64,000 nt of DNA from Camelus ferus (lineage: Eukaryota). A model generated the notes under the pieces. That model was given only the letters and a program-made list of their open reading frames with translations, searched no databases and was not told the DNA's origin. Within the stretch, counting starts at the first letter, position 1. Each line of letters starts with the position of its first letter. The position numbers and the translations under genes are program-made. Shown in pieces: positions 12,403-23,757 of this stretch. The stretch spans positions 82,028,001 to 82,092,000 of the forward strand of contig NC_045697.1 in assembly GCF_009834535.1 (NCBI RefSeq), in the 5' to 3' direction.

Positions 12403-13920
12403 TTCAGTTAATATGTTTTTTATAGTTGTTTTGTATACTTCAATCATGCTGAATGATATTAAATGTAATTTAATTTTAAATTCATATCTCTTCTTATATA
12501 TCATGGAAAATGTATATAGGTAGATTACATAAATTTTTGCATTACATGACTTCTGACTTTCAAATTTAACTCATACATGGTTTGTAAGAAAAATGTATAT
12601 TCTAGCATCATATTAAAAAATCAAATACTTGGTACTCTATTTCACCCAGGCTGCTTTTACCCATTCATAACTTTTACCCATTCATAACTTTCAAAATAGA
12701 TTTTGAATATCTACTTGTTTGAAACTGTTCATTTCATCCATGCATCAGTTACATAAAGGATTTACAAATTCTTATTTATTCATAGATCCTAATTTTGAGA
12801 CTATTAGAGTCACTTGTTTGAAACATAAGAGTTAGTACAACTGGATCTGGAAACTGGCATAAATATAAAAATTTTATTACTTGTTCCTTTAAACTTTTCT
12901 GCTTAACAGCAGTTACTCATAATTAATTCACATAATTAGTGTAAAGAATTTCTTTTATTAAGCTTACATTTTATATCTGAAAATATATTTAGTATATTGA
13001 AAATATGAATGTTAATTTTTATGACCAAATATTTTATTTCTCACAAATCTTCCTCAAGAAAACAGTAAATAGAAAAAGCAGAAAACAAATAAAAAAAGCT
13101 GTGAAACTGATTATACCCCAAATCTACTGTGAACACTGTAAGTTCAGAAGAGAGTGTATTAATTATCTCAAATCTAAGATTTCTATGAAATAATCATATA
13201 TGAAAGATCATTCTCTTCCTATAAGAATTTTGAACTGATATGCAGTGAAGTGTGAGAAGTTTGTATATTGGGATATTAATTCCATGTGAGTGTTTGTAAA
13301 CTTTCAGATGTGCCCCCTAATTTTTAGTTGACTTTATATGTAATGGGATAAAATTCTGCTAATGCTGTGAATCTCTATATGAATTGTCTTTATAGGATCT
13401 ATAGTTATACATGTTTTATCCCATATTTATACAAGAATATACAGGAATGGATAGAGTATGAAAATGAAATAAAATTTTAAAATTTCAGCTACTTTTTAAA
13501 AAGTTTTATTTATATCAGAAAATAATGGCAGTAAGCTCACCTCTGAACTATTTTTGATGTCTCCTTACGTCCTTGGAATCAGGGGAAAAAAAGAAATGAA
13601 TAGAAGTGGGATTTCCAATACCTAATCCTTTATTACACCATGAGTGGTAGAGGGGAAATTGATATACTGGGCAGCATTCACAGGAGATTATTTCTGGAGA
13701 TGGAAGAAATGAACAGACGCAGTTACCATTTTCTGAAGTAATAAACTGCACATTTGTAAGAACTGTAGTGATGAGACTGTCTTTCTAGAGTTTGGAGTGT
13801 TACTCTATTTTAAGGTAACTTTTTTTTCCTGCAAAAATATGACTGAGCAATCATTTCCTGAAAGGCAAGAAATTTGACAGATGTTCAATACAACTTGATG
13901 TAGGGGTGAACACAAGGTTA

Positions 13921-13945
13921 AAACAACAACAACAACAACAACAAC
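13921..13945 (+). repeat. (AAC)n microsatellite
   Basis: Directly visible. Confidence 0.95.
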
Positions 13946-14649
13946 ACTTCTGAAACAGAATTTTATTTTCATATTTATTTATTTGTTCCTCTTGTTGAAC
14001 ATTTTAAAAACAGATTCTCAGAGATTTGAGTTATCTTAGTCATGGGCTTTTTGATGGAATTGTAAAATAGTTTGGAAATTTGTTAAAGAGTTAAATAGGG
14101 CTCTAATGCAAATTTATTACAAATCAGGGAGTCAAGGAGCCATATAAATGTGTATCATTATTCTGTGTATGTTCTATTCTAGAAGGTTTTGTATTCAATT
14201 TCCCAATTATGATAGTGCCTTCTGCTATTCACATGAATATTGAGTTAAATGTTTGGGCCCATAGAGAGAAACTTAACTTGCTTCTGGATGTGATCTAGGA
14301 AAAAAAAATTACACTTACTGCTTTTTTTTCTCATAATAGTAACAATTTGTACAACATAACTAATTATACTCGGTATAGTGAAAGGGTGACACAACTACCT
14401 AAAAATGTGTGTTTCAGTTGAAGTGTAGCTTCTGTCATGTAGCTTCAGGAGGATTCACAGAATGTAATAAAATAAATGGGAATAAGAGGAAATTAAACAG
14501 ATAACATCCGAGTTCCAAATATATTTAGAGATTACAGGATCAAATTTGTTTTTTTTTCCTCTTAAAGGAAGGTAGATCATATTCAAAATAAAGTACTAAA
14601 TTCAAGGGTACTCTGGATATGCACTCACACATTCAGCACTGCAGCCTCA

Positions 14650-15232
14650 TTGGCTTAGAAAAACACGCATTTACTATCTCACAGTTTCTTTGGGTCAGGA
14701 GCCCAGGCCAGGCCCAAGTGGTCCTCTGGTAAGGGTCTCACAAGGCTGCAGTCAAGGTGACAGCTAGGCTTTACTGTCTTCTAGAAGCTTGCCTAGAGAA
14801 GAACCTGCTGCTAAGCTCAGGTTGGTGGTGGAGTTCATTCCCTTGTAGCTGTAAGAATGGTCCCCAGCTCTTTGCCATTGGCTAGAAACCATTTGAGTTT
14901 CTTACCACGTGGACTTTTTCAACATGGCCACTTATCCTTACTACACCAAGCCTGTAAGGAAATGCTCTAGCCCTAATCAGCTAATGTGAAGTCTTTTCTA
15001 ATCTAACAGGGTCGTATGAATGGTATCTCATTACCTTTGCCATATAGTGGAACCTAATCAGATCTCATTAGGATATTACCATTTCATCACATTTGTCATA
15101 CTGTTTTGGTTAGAAGCAAGTTACAGATCCTGCCCAGACACAGGGGAAGTGGGGGTTGGGGACAGAATACACAATGGTGTGAACATTAGAAGACTGGAAA
15201 TCATTGGGGTTACCTTAGCGTCTGTCTGCCAT
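14650..15232 (-). mobile_element. MaLR solo LTR (MLT1E/F-like)
   Basis: tttactatctcacagtttctttgggtcagga...agggtctcacaaggctgcagtcaaggtg; clearly similar to the LTR at 6476-7027. Confidence 0.85.
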
Positions 15233-15559
15233 AGGCATAGGCAAACTGCAAAAAACTATATGTAAGTAGCGAATCTTAAAAGCAGCCAAAGCAAAAAGAT
15301 ACATCACATTTAAGATAAAGATACAAATGAAAAACAAACTTTTTATCAGGAAAAAACTGGTAAGATTTTTTGTGCTAATAGAAAATATATCTTACTGCTT
15401 TTTGAAAAACTATGTTTAAAGTCAAAAGTGGAAGCTGAGAGAAGGGACCATTATAGGCAGCCAGGCAAGAAGAGATGGCATTTTAGAATAAGGTAGTTAC
15501 CGTAAAGGTGGGGAAGAGTGGATAAATTTGGTATAGAGTAATAACGATGATATAAATAT

Positions 15560-15700
15560 TAATAGTGACAATAGTTAACATTTATTGCAATATTATTATA
15601 TGACAGATCATATTCTAAGGGTCTTACCTTTAATAATTTATTTAATGCTTACAACAAATACATTATTATTTCCATTATTAGACAAGAACACTGATCATTT
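15560..15700 (-). mobile_element. MIR fragment
   Basis: atagttaacatttattg...tttaatgcttacaacaa...attatttccatt. Confidence 0.55.
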
Positions 15701-16579
15701 CAAAAGTAGGGGATGTAGTTTTCAGTAAGTGTTGGCCATTACTCTTAAATATATGCCTGAAGGACATCAGTGAAGGACAGTTGTTACATTTCTGGATTGA
15801 ACAACCAACCAGATGCATAGTGGGACTATTTTGTTAATTGTTATTAAGGTGTCAGTTCAAAATTGCCAAATATAGACCCACATATCTACTTAAACATACT
15901 TTGATTTTTAATAGCCTTCTCTATCTTACTTAGCTCCAGCTATTATCTCTAAAATTCACCTCCTGTTCTTCAAAAGCTACTCAAATCTAAATTACCTTTA
16001 TTCTCAGTAATTAAGATCACCCTAACCACACATTCCACAAATTGTATGTGTATTTTGTGTCTTATTAATGCATAATTATATAAATAACTATTATATAATA
16101 TATTGTTTTATAATTTCAATGTGTATTAGTTATGTTTGAATTATCAAACAGACAGTAACCTTCCTGTAAGCAAGGAAAGTGACATTAATGTTTCTTTTTT
16201 AACTTTCATAGTGATTTTATTAATGTTGAACATATGTCTTTTAATAAATGCCCACTGCTGTACTTTCACATTTTCCATGCCTATGTACTTTGCCTCCCAC
16301 ATGATAAAAAATACCCACCTACTTTTTGAAAATTTTTCATGGAAAAATGGGCAGAGAAAATCATGCCTGAATCCTTCCTTTATGAAGGATTATGAAGAAT
16401 GTTATTTTGTGCTTCCGGAGTTTACTTCTCCCTGGGAATCGTGGGTGCAGAGAAGAGACAGGCAACATGAAGGGACATGACAAAGTGCACTCTGAAACAG
16501 TAGTGCTCCGCCCTCTCCCTGGGTAGGCCTAAGGTGACAGCTGGGGAAATGTAGATACTAGGTGAGAATGCTTTCTCAG

Positions 16580-16920
16580 ACAGCTGCGTGAGATTCCTCC
16601 CACGCTCTTTAGCAATGTGATTTTGCCACTTCTCAACTCAAGAGTCTGAGTCAATTTCTTGACTCCTTGAATCTGGGAAGGCCTTTAACTGCATTTTGGT
16701 ACAGTGATACAATTTGATTTCTAAGGCTGGGCCTTAAAAAACCTTGCAGCATTCATCTCCACCCTTTAGAGCCCTGACACCACCATCCTGTGGAGAAGCA
16801 CACTCTGCACTACTTGTGGATGAGAGGCCATCTGGGTTCCTGGGCCCACAGCTAGCACTAAGGGACAGGGGAAGCAGTTCACAGGCTTGGATAGAGGAAG
16901 GGCTGCTAAATACCAGAATT
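16580..16920 (+). mobile_element. MaLR LTR fragment (MLT1H-like)
   Basis: gcaatgtgattttgccacttctc...ccttgaatctggg...ttctaaggctgggccttaaaaaaccttgcagc. Confidence 0.65.
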
Positions 16921-17819
16921 CACCATTTTGTCATGTAATAGAGACCAGGATGTAATTATTTAATGTATTCTACTTGTGTTAATACTTTATTTGGATTTGC
17001 ATGCTGATTACAATTCTTTGAATAATATCTTACATGCATTTGAGAGAGATCAAATACTTCACAATTAATAATTAAGCCTCATAGTGTTTCTTTCAGAAAA
17101 AGAAAAAACTAGTAGTGCTTAGGGCAGAAAATAAACCAGAAGTCCACTTAATGAAAATTACTAAAGGGAATTTTATGCAGTGCAATAATTTTGCTATTAA
17201 TTTGATGAGCATACTTTTGAAAAGAACTTATAAATAATATATACTTAAAATGTAGTTCTAATTTTTTATAATATGAATACTCTCATTACAGCATATCATG
17301 ATAAAATTTTTAAAAGTTCTATCAGGATATAAAATGTCACTTTTCCTCTAATCTTTTGCAGACATAAAATTTTAAATTAATGCCTTATATTTACATAAAA
17401 TTGATAGATATCTATTGTAGAGAATTTGGATTTTACAAAAGGTGAAAGGAAAATAAATCATAATGCCACGAGCCAGAACTAAGCAGTAGTAACATCGAGC
17501 AATTCCTAATAGTCATATATTTGAGTGCATTTATATACAAGTACTTCCATGTGATTTTCATTATTTCTTTCATTTATTCTTACATTATAAATATTTCCAA
17601 ATAACTAAATATTTTTGAAAGATAATACTACTGACTTCATAATGTTCCCTGGATGTACCATAATTTATTTATAACCATTTTCTTAAATTATATTTAGACT
17701 GTTTCTCATTTTTACTATAATAATAAAACTGTCTTCAATTTCATTATATATAAATCTTTCTTCATATCTCAGATTATTTCTTTAGACAGACTTCATGCTC
17801 CAAATACCATTAATAATAA

Positions 17820-17990
17820 ATACTGCAACTACAATTATACTGTATAGCTAGACACATTTATGAGTATCATTTCATTTAATCATCTCAAAAATCCTATGAG
17901 GAAGCTTTTTATTTTCCTCTTTTTGCTGATGAAGAAATCCAATCTAAGGCTGAGTTACTTGATATTAGTCAAAACAAACAAATTAAAATA
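17820..17990 (-). mobile_element. MIR SINE
   Basis: atttcatttaatcatctcaaaaatcctatgagg...gatgaagaaatc. Confidence 0.7.
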
Positions 17991-18009
17991 CACTCTGCCT
18001 AAAGACTAA

Positions 18010-18238
18010 AGAGGTTTTAAGAGCCACACTACTTAGGTTTAAAGTCCACTTACTTCCTTTACTGCTTGTATGGCTTTGGAAAAGTTACTTAACTTCTTTA
18101 TGACTCAGTTTCCCTATCTTTAAAATGAAGATATTAAAAAGTGTTGTAATGTTTTATTGTGAGAATTAAACAAGGGATACATGCCTAGCATTTAGACTAG
18201 CTCCTGGTTAATAAAAGTAGTTTAAGAAATGTTTGCAA
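18010..18238 (+). mobile_element. MIR SINE
   Basis: tttggaaaagttacttaacttctttatgactcagtttccctatctttaaaatgaagata...ttgtgagaattaaa. Confidence 0.8.
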
Positions 18239-18342
18239 GTATGAAGCTGGAGCTTTCTGAGAATTCTAGAAAATTAGATTTCCTAAAATGCAGCTGGCAA
18301 TTTCAGCAATATGACCAACTATACTTTTTCCTTTAAATTCAA

Positions 18343-20055
18343 ATGCTCCTGGATTGGAAGAATCAGTATTGTTAAAGTGGTCACCCTGCCCAAAGGCAAT
18401 CTACAATCCCTATCAAATTACCTAGGACATATTTCACAGAACTAGAACAAATCATAATCAAATTTATATGGAACCACAAAGGACCTAGAATTGCCAAAGC
18501 ATTATGGAAGAAAAAGGAAGAGACTGGAGGAGTAACTCTCCCAGACTTCAGACAATGCTATAGTGCTACAGTAATCAAGACAGCATGGTATTGGTACAAA
18601 AACAGACATATAGAAAAATAGAACAGAATAGAGAATCCAGAAATGAACCCACAAACTTTGGTCAACTAATCTTCGACAAAGGAGGCAAGAACATACAATG
18701 GAATAAAGACAGTCTCTTCAGCAAATGGTGTTGGGAAAACTGGACAGCAGCATGTAAATCAGTGAAGCTAGAACACTCCCTTACACCATACACAAAAATC
18801 AACTCAAAATGGATCAAAGACTTAAACATAAGACAAGATACAATAAACCTCCTAGAAGAAAACATAGGCAAAACATTATCTCACATGCATCTCAAAAATA
18901 TTCTCCTAGGACAGTCTACCCAAGCAATAGAAATAAAAGCAAGAATAAACAAATGGGACCTAATTAAACTTACAGGCTTTTGCACAGCAAAGGAAACCAT
19001 AAATAAAACAAAACGACAACCTACAGAATGGGAGAATATTTTTGCAAAAGATGAAACTGACAAAGGCTTGATCTCCAGAATATATAAGCAGCTCATACAA
19101 CTTAATAAGAAAAAAACAAACAACCCAATCCAAAAGTGGGCAGAAGACCTAAACAAGCAATTCTCCAAGGAAGAAATACAAATGATCAATAGACACATGA
19201 AAAAATGCTCAATATCACTAATTATCAGAGAAATGCAAATCAAAACTACAATGAGGTATCACCTCACACCAGTCTGAATGGCCATCATTCAAAAGTCCAC
19301 AAATGACAAATGCTGGAGAGGCTGTGGAGAAAAGGGAACCCTCCTACACTGCTGGTGGGAATGCGGTTTGGTGCAGCCACTGTGGAAAACACTATGGGGA
19401 TTCCTCAAAAGACTAGGAACAGACTTACCATAGGTCCCAGGAATCACACTCCTGGGCGTATACCCAGAAGGAACCCTACTTCAAAATGACACCTGCACCC
19501 CAATATTCATAGCAGCACTATTTACAGTAGCTAAGACATGGAAACAGCCTAAATGTCCATCAACCTATGACTGAATAAAGAAGAAGTGGTATATTTATAT
19601 GATGGAATACTATTCAGCCATAAAACCCGACAACATAACGCCATTTGCAGCAACATGGATGTTCCTGGAGAATGTCATTCTAAGTGAAGTAAGCCAGAAA
19701 GAGAAAGAAAAATACCATATGAGATCGCTCATATGTGGAATCTTAAAAAAAAAAAAAAAACATGAATACAAAACAGAAACATACTCATAGACATAGAATA
19801 CAAACTTGTGGTTGCCAAGGGGGCGGGGGTTGGGAAGGGACAGACTGGGAGTTCAAAATGTAGAATAGATAAACAAGATTATACTGTATAGCACAGGGAA
19901 ATATATACAAGATCTTGTGGAAGCTCACGGCGAAAAAGAATATGACAATGAATATAAGTATGTTCATGTATAACTGAAAAATTGTGCTCTACACTGGAAT
20001 TTGACACAACATTGTAAAATGACTATTACTCAATAAAAAAAAAGTTTAAAAAAAT
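18343..20055 (+). mobile_element. Young LINE-1 (copy B), 5'-truncated, with 3'UTR and A-rich tail
   Basis: ORF2 C-terminal peptide in 18585-19277; 3'UTR with G-rich stretch near 19818; caataaaaaaaaagtttaaaaaaa tail; inverted homologue of copy A. Confidence 0.97.
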
Positions 20056-20117
20056 TAATGTGATTCCACAAAAAAAAAGATTTTTCGAATGCATGGTTGA
20101 CATGGAATTATTCATAT

Positions 20118-20529
20118 TTCTCCAGAAATAATCAATAAACAATCTATAATAGGAATAGAAAAGAGTTTTATTTGAGCTAAACTGAGGAATATAGCCTGGG
20201 TGACAGGTTCTAAACACACCTGTATTTTGTTCTGCCAGACTACAAAGTTGGGTAACTTATAAAGGCAAAAACCACAAAATTATGTAAGTTGTTTTTTTAG
20301 AAGCTGGAGATGACAAGAAGTAAATGTGCTTGTTAAGCAAGGATTGGGTGGTGTCAGAAATGTTTGCATAGTTACAAGGGGAGACCTTGAAACCACAGCA
20401 GATATCAAAGCATGTTTAAAAGGCCACAAATAGGCTGTTTTAGTTTAGTTAGCCCAAAGTTCAAGTTAAATCATGTAGAAGCCATAATAAATTCCCCATA
20501 CCTCAATATGTGAAAACTCCTTCCATCAG
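20118..20529 (-). mobile_element. ERV1-type solo LTR (probable)
   Basis: aataggaatagaaaagagttttatttgagctaaactgagg start and ...ccttccatca end resemble laurasiatherian ERV1 LTRs in antisense. Confidence 0.55.
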
Positions 20530-20788
20530 ATTAAAATACTAAAATCAAGTTTATAGAAGAGTGGTTTATTTAGATTACCACTACAAAAAGTGCCCATCCA
20601 AGATGCCACATTAGGCAATTCTGTGAAATATTTTAAACAGACAACTCATTTCTGCTTACCTTAATATTGTCACTAGAATAATCCCCCTTTTTGCTCCATT
20701 CTCCTGATTTCACAGACCTGGTGTCATTGTCCCCTTAAGTTCTCCTCTATCCCCTATTATAAATGAACATCTCAAAATGTACTATAGT

Positions 20789-21214
20789 CAGTAGTGAGCT
20801 AGAGTTGGCCTATACTTGCTAAAATAAGTGGATTGCTAAATTTTTAGGAATTTTGAAGGATGATTATTGGAGTTAGCCATTGTTAAAAATTATAAAGTTA
20901 CAATTAAATTAACTATATCAAAAGCACAATAAATACCCAAAATTCATCACTTCACAATTATTTTACTACATTTTACTATCATCTATATTCTTGAGGATCT
21001 ATACATATAGTTTTGGGGTGGAACTGCTATGTAATGGTGTGCTGCTTCACATTTTTTCTCAACTATGCATTCACTGAGGTCATGTTAATATCTTCGACTC
21101 AATCATGGTGAGGATATTTATACTACAGAAGTTAACAAATGTTACAATTCAGAATTTGGAGTTATTATTGTTTCCTGAATAGCTGATTTTTAAACATTTT
21201 ACCAGCTTGCCTTT
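20789..21214 (+). mobile_element. MER63-family hAT-Blackjack DNA transposon
   Basis: cagtagtgagctagagttggc...ctaaatttttaggaattttg...attattttactacattttactatcatcta...ttaaacattttaccagc; orientation relative to consensus uncertain. Confidence 0.75.
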
Positions 21215-21736
21215 AACTACAGGTAGAATAACTTAAAAAGTTCTGTGAAATTGTGCTTACATAGCATCTTTGCTTTTTAAAAGGAAATTTAGAAATGCAT
21301 GTGTAACTTGGATTAGAATTTGCCTACATTGTAATTGGTTGATAAAGTTTGTACTTTTGGGGAAAGCTTTTCCTGTATCTCATAAATCATACTATTTAGA
21401 GAAACTCTTTGTCTACACAGAATGTTGCCTGACAACTCATGGATTTCATCTTTTATTTTTCTATTAATGAACGCCTATGTGTTTATACATTTTTGAGTTT
21501 TGAAACAAATATAGTTGCGATCCCTCTTAGAAGGTACAAATAATGTCACTAAAAGCATGTCTCCTTTTAGATATATACTGATTATTAATTAAGGAAAAAT
21601 ATAAAGCAAAGCAGTTACATGAAAAATTTTGTATATTGGGATTCTGGGTAAAATATATTGATCTTCATTATCAGTGAGATTCATTTACAGCCCTGTGAAC
21701 TAAACACAGAGGTTTGGTCAGCTTACCATTGAGTTT

Positions 21737-21883
21737 GTTTGTTTGTTTGTTTTTTTCCTTGCCCGGGGGTGAGGGTTATTTAGGTTTATTTGTTTATTTA
21801 TTTTTTAACTTAGGTGCTGAGGATTGACCCCAGAACCTCGTGCATGCTAAGTTTGCACTCTTCCACTGAGCTATACCCTCCCC
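21737..21883 (-). mobile_element. Camelid Vic-1-type tRNA-derived SINE
   Basis: Reverse complement reads ggggagggtatagctcagtggaagagtgcaaacttagcatgcacgaggttctggggtcaatcctcagcacc, then an AT-rich tail. Pol III A/B boxes are visible. Approximate TSD accattgagttt / aacattgaattt. Confidence 0.9.
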
Positions 21884-22215
21884 ACAACATTGAATTTTGA
21901 AGCAAAGTTCTCATTTAAGATTTAGTCTGACCTTACGCTTATTCACAATAAAGTGAACTTTAAGTGAGTTTTATATAGAATTACAATAATACAATTTTCA
22001 TTTACATTATCTTTTTAGAACAGTTTTTACCTAATAAATTTTCATATATGTAAAGTTTCTCACTCTTTTCAACTTGTCATATATATTTACCTATTTCTGT
22101 CATTAAGGTTAGGAAATTATGTTGTGTGACATACTTTATGTGGATGGCTCCTTTATAATCAATATGGAATGGTTGGAATTCTTATAATGTGTCTCTTACA
22201 TTTATTGTGATAAAG

Positions 22216-22938
22216 TGTGGTAGACACCTCTAAGATTAAAATTGGCTTCTGGAAATTATGAAACCTTAAAAAAAACCCAACATTTTTCATCTAATAAGAA
22301 CTTAATTCTCATTCTCTATTATTCATGCTGTTTTATAATTTCTCCTTCTCCTTCTTCTCCTCCCCCACCTTCCTCCTCCTTCTCTTCTTGTTTATTCACA
22401 CCCTCTTCCTTAACTAGCGCACTGATATATACATAGTAGAAGCTCAAGAAATACTTATGGGAAACTCATATATTTCAGAGCATGTGTAATTCCCTCTTGT
22501 TGAGTACGGGCTAGACATATTAACATGCTTCTAATGAATACACTGTGGCAGAAATGATGGGATTTTTACCTCTGAGATTAAAGTACAGGAAGACTATGGC
22601 TTCCTCCTAATTTCTATAGCTGTCTCTTAAATTGCTTTTATTTACTTGAGAAAGTCAGGTGCTTTGTCTTGAAACAGCCTTTTGGGGAGGTCCATGTGAA
22701 TATATTCAGAGACAAATATCATGAGCTGAAAATGGATCTCCCCATAGGAGTCTCGAGATGACTGAAGTCTTGGCTGACAAGTTAACTGAAGCCTCGTGAA
22801 AGACCTTGAACTAGAGAACCCAGATAAGCTGGTCCCGGATTCCTGACCCATAGAAAATATGAGATAATAAATATTTATGTTTTTAAGCTACCAAATTTAG
22901 GGGAAATAAGTTATGTAGAGTTAGATAACTAATTCACA
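22216..22938 (+). mobile_element. MaLR LTR (MLT1E/F-like), interrupted by a CT-rich tract near 22340-22390
   Basis: tgtggtagacacctctaagat...gattcctgacccatagaaaatatgagataataaatatttatgtttttaagctaccaaatttagggg...tagataactaattcaca. Confidence 0.75.
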
Positions 22939-23213
22939 GAGACTAACTTCCTCTTTACCAAAACCATTCCTTGTTCCTGACTAATGAAAAGTTGGCATAT
23001 GTAATATACAACACTTCTAAATCTGGCTCATAATCTTTCACTCTACCTCTTAAACACATTTGCCAGTTGGATGTCAATACCCAGAGCTACAGTGAAAGCC
23101 ACACGTTGAAGAGGTCAAGGCTTTTATCAACATGATTTGCTGAGTGGTTTCATGGAGCAGTGTACCTCTAAGGTGCTGATTTGACTTGAGAAATAAACTT
23201 CTGTGGTGTTAAG

Positions 23214-23757
23214 TGTGGCAGCAGATAGGATTGTAGAGTAAATTAAGAAGGAGTCTTCTCTGGTTTACCTGAAAATTATCATCTAAGGAATAGAGCTCTT
23301 ACCCTGTCAGGAGTAGTTATACTAAAACCACAGAACTAGTGGTTTATCATTTCCCGAAACAGAAAGGCTGTACACAAATTCAGCTTGCCCTCAAGATCTC
23401 AGATTTAGAATGTGTCCCTATAACATGGGGAGAGGGTACAGAAGCAGCTAGCTTGCAACTCTTCCAAATTGTGCCCTATTTGTTTCTTCATTTGCTTGCT
23501 CCTGTTGTGTATCCTTTATAATACAATTGTAATAATTAGTACAGTGCTTTCCTAAGTTGTATGTCTTTCCAGTGACTTGTTGAAAATAAGGGAATGGAAT
23601 CTTCCTGCTTTTGTAGCCAGTTGCTTAGAAGAGCAGGTGGCCTGGGGACTCTCAAATTTGCAGCTGACATCTGAACTGAGAGCAGTCTTTTTGGGGATCA
23701 TGCCCTTGACTTGTGGGTTCTACACTAACTAGTTAGCATCAGAATTGCTTTGAACTG
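23214..23757 (+). mobile_element. MER21C-like ERVL LTR
   Basis: tgtatcctttataat...tttgtagccagttg...ggtggcctggggactctcaaatttgcagctg...gttagcatcagaattg. Confidence 0.8.

Noticed and set aside
21810..21883. tRNA gene
   Set aside because: tRNA-like head has a mutated B box and is followed by a SINE tail and TSD
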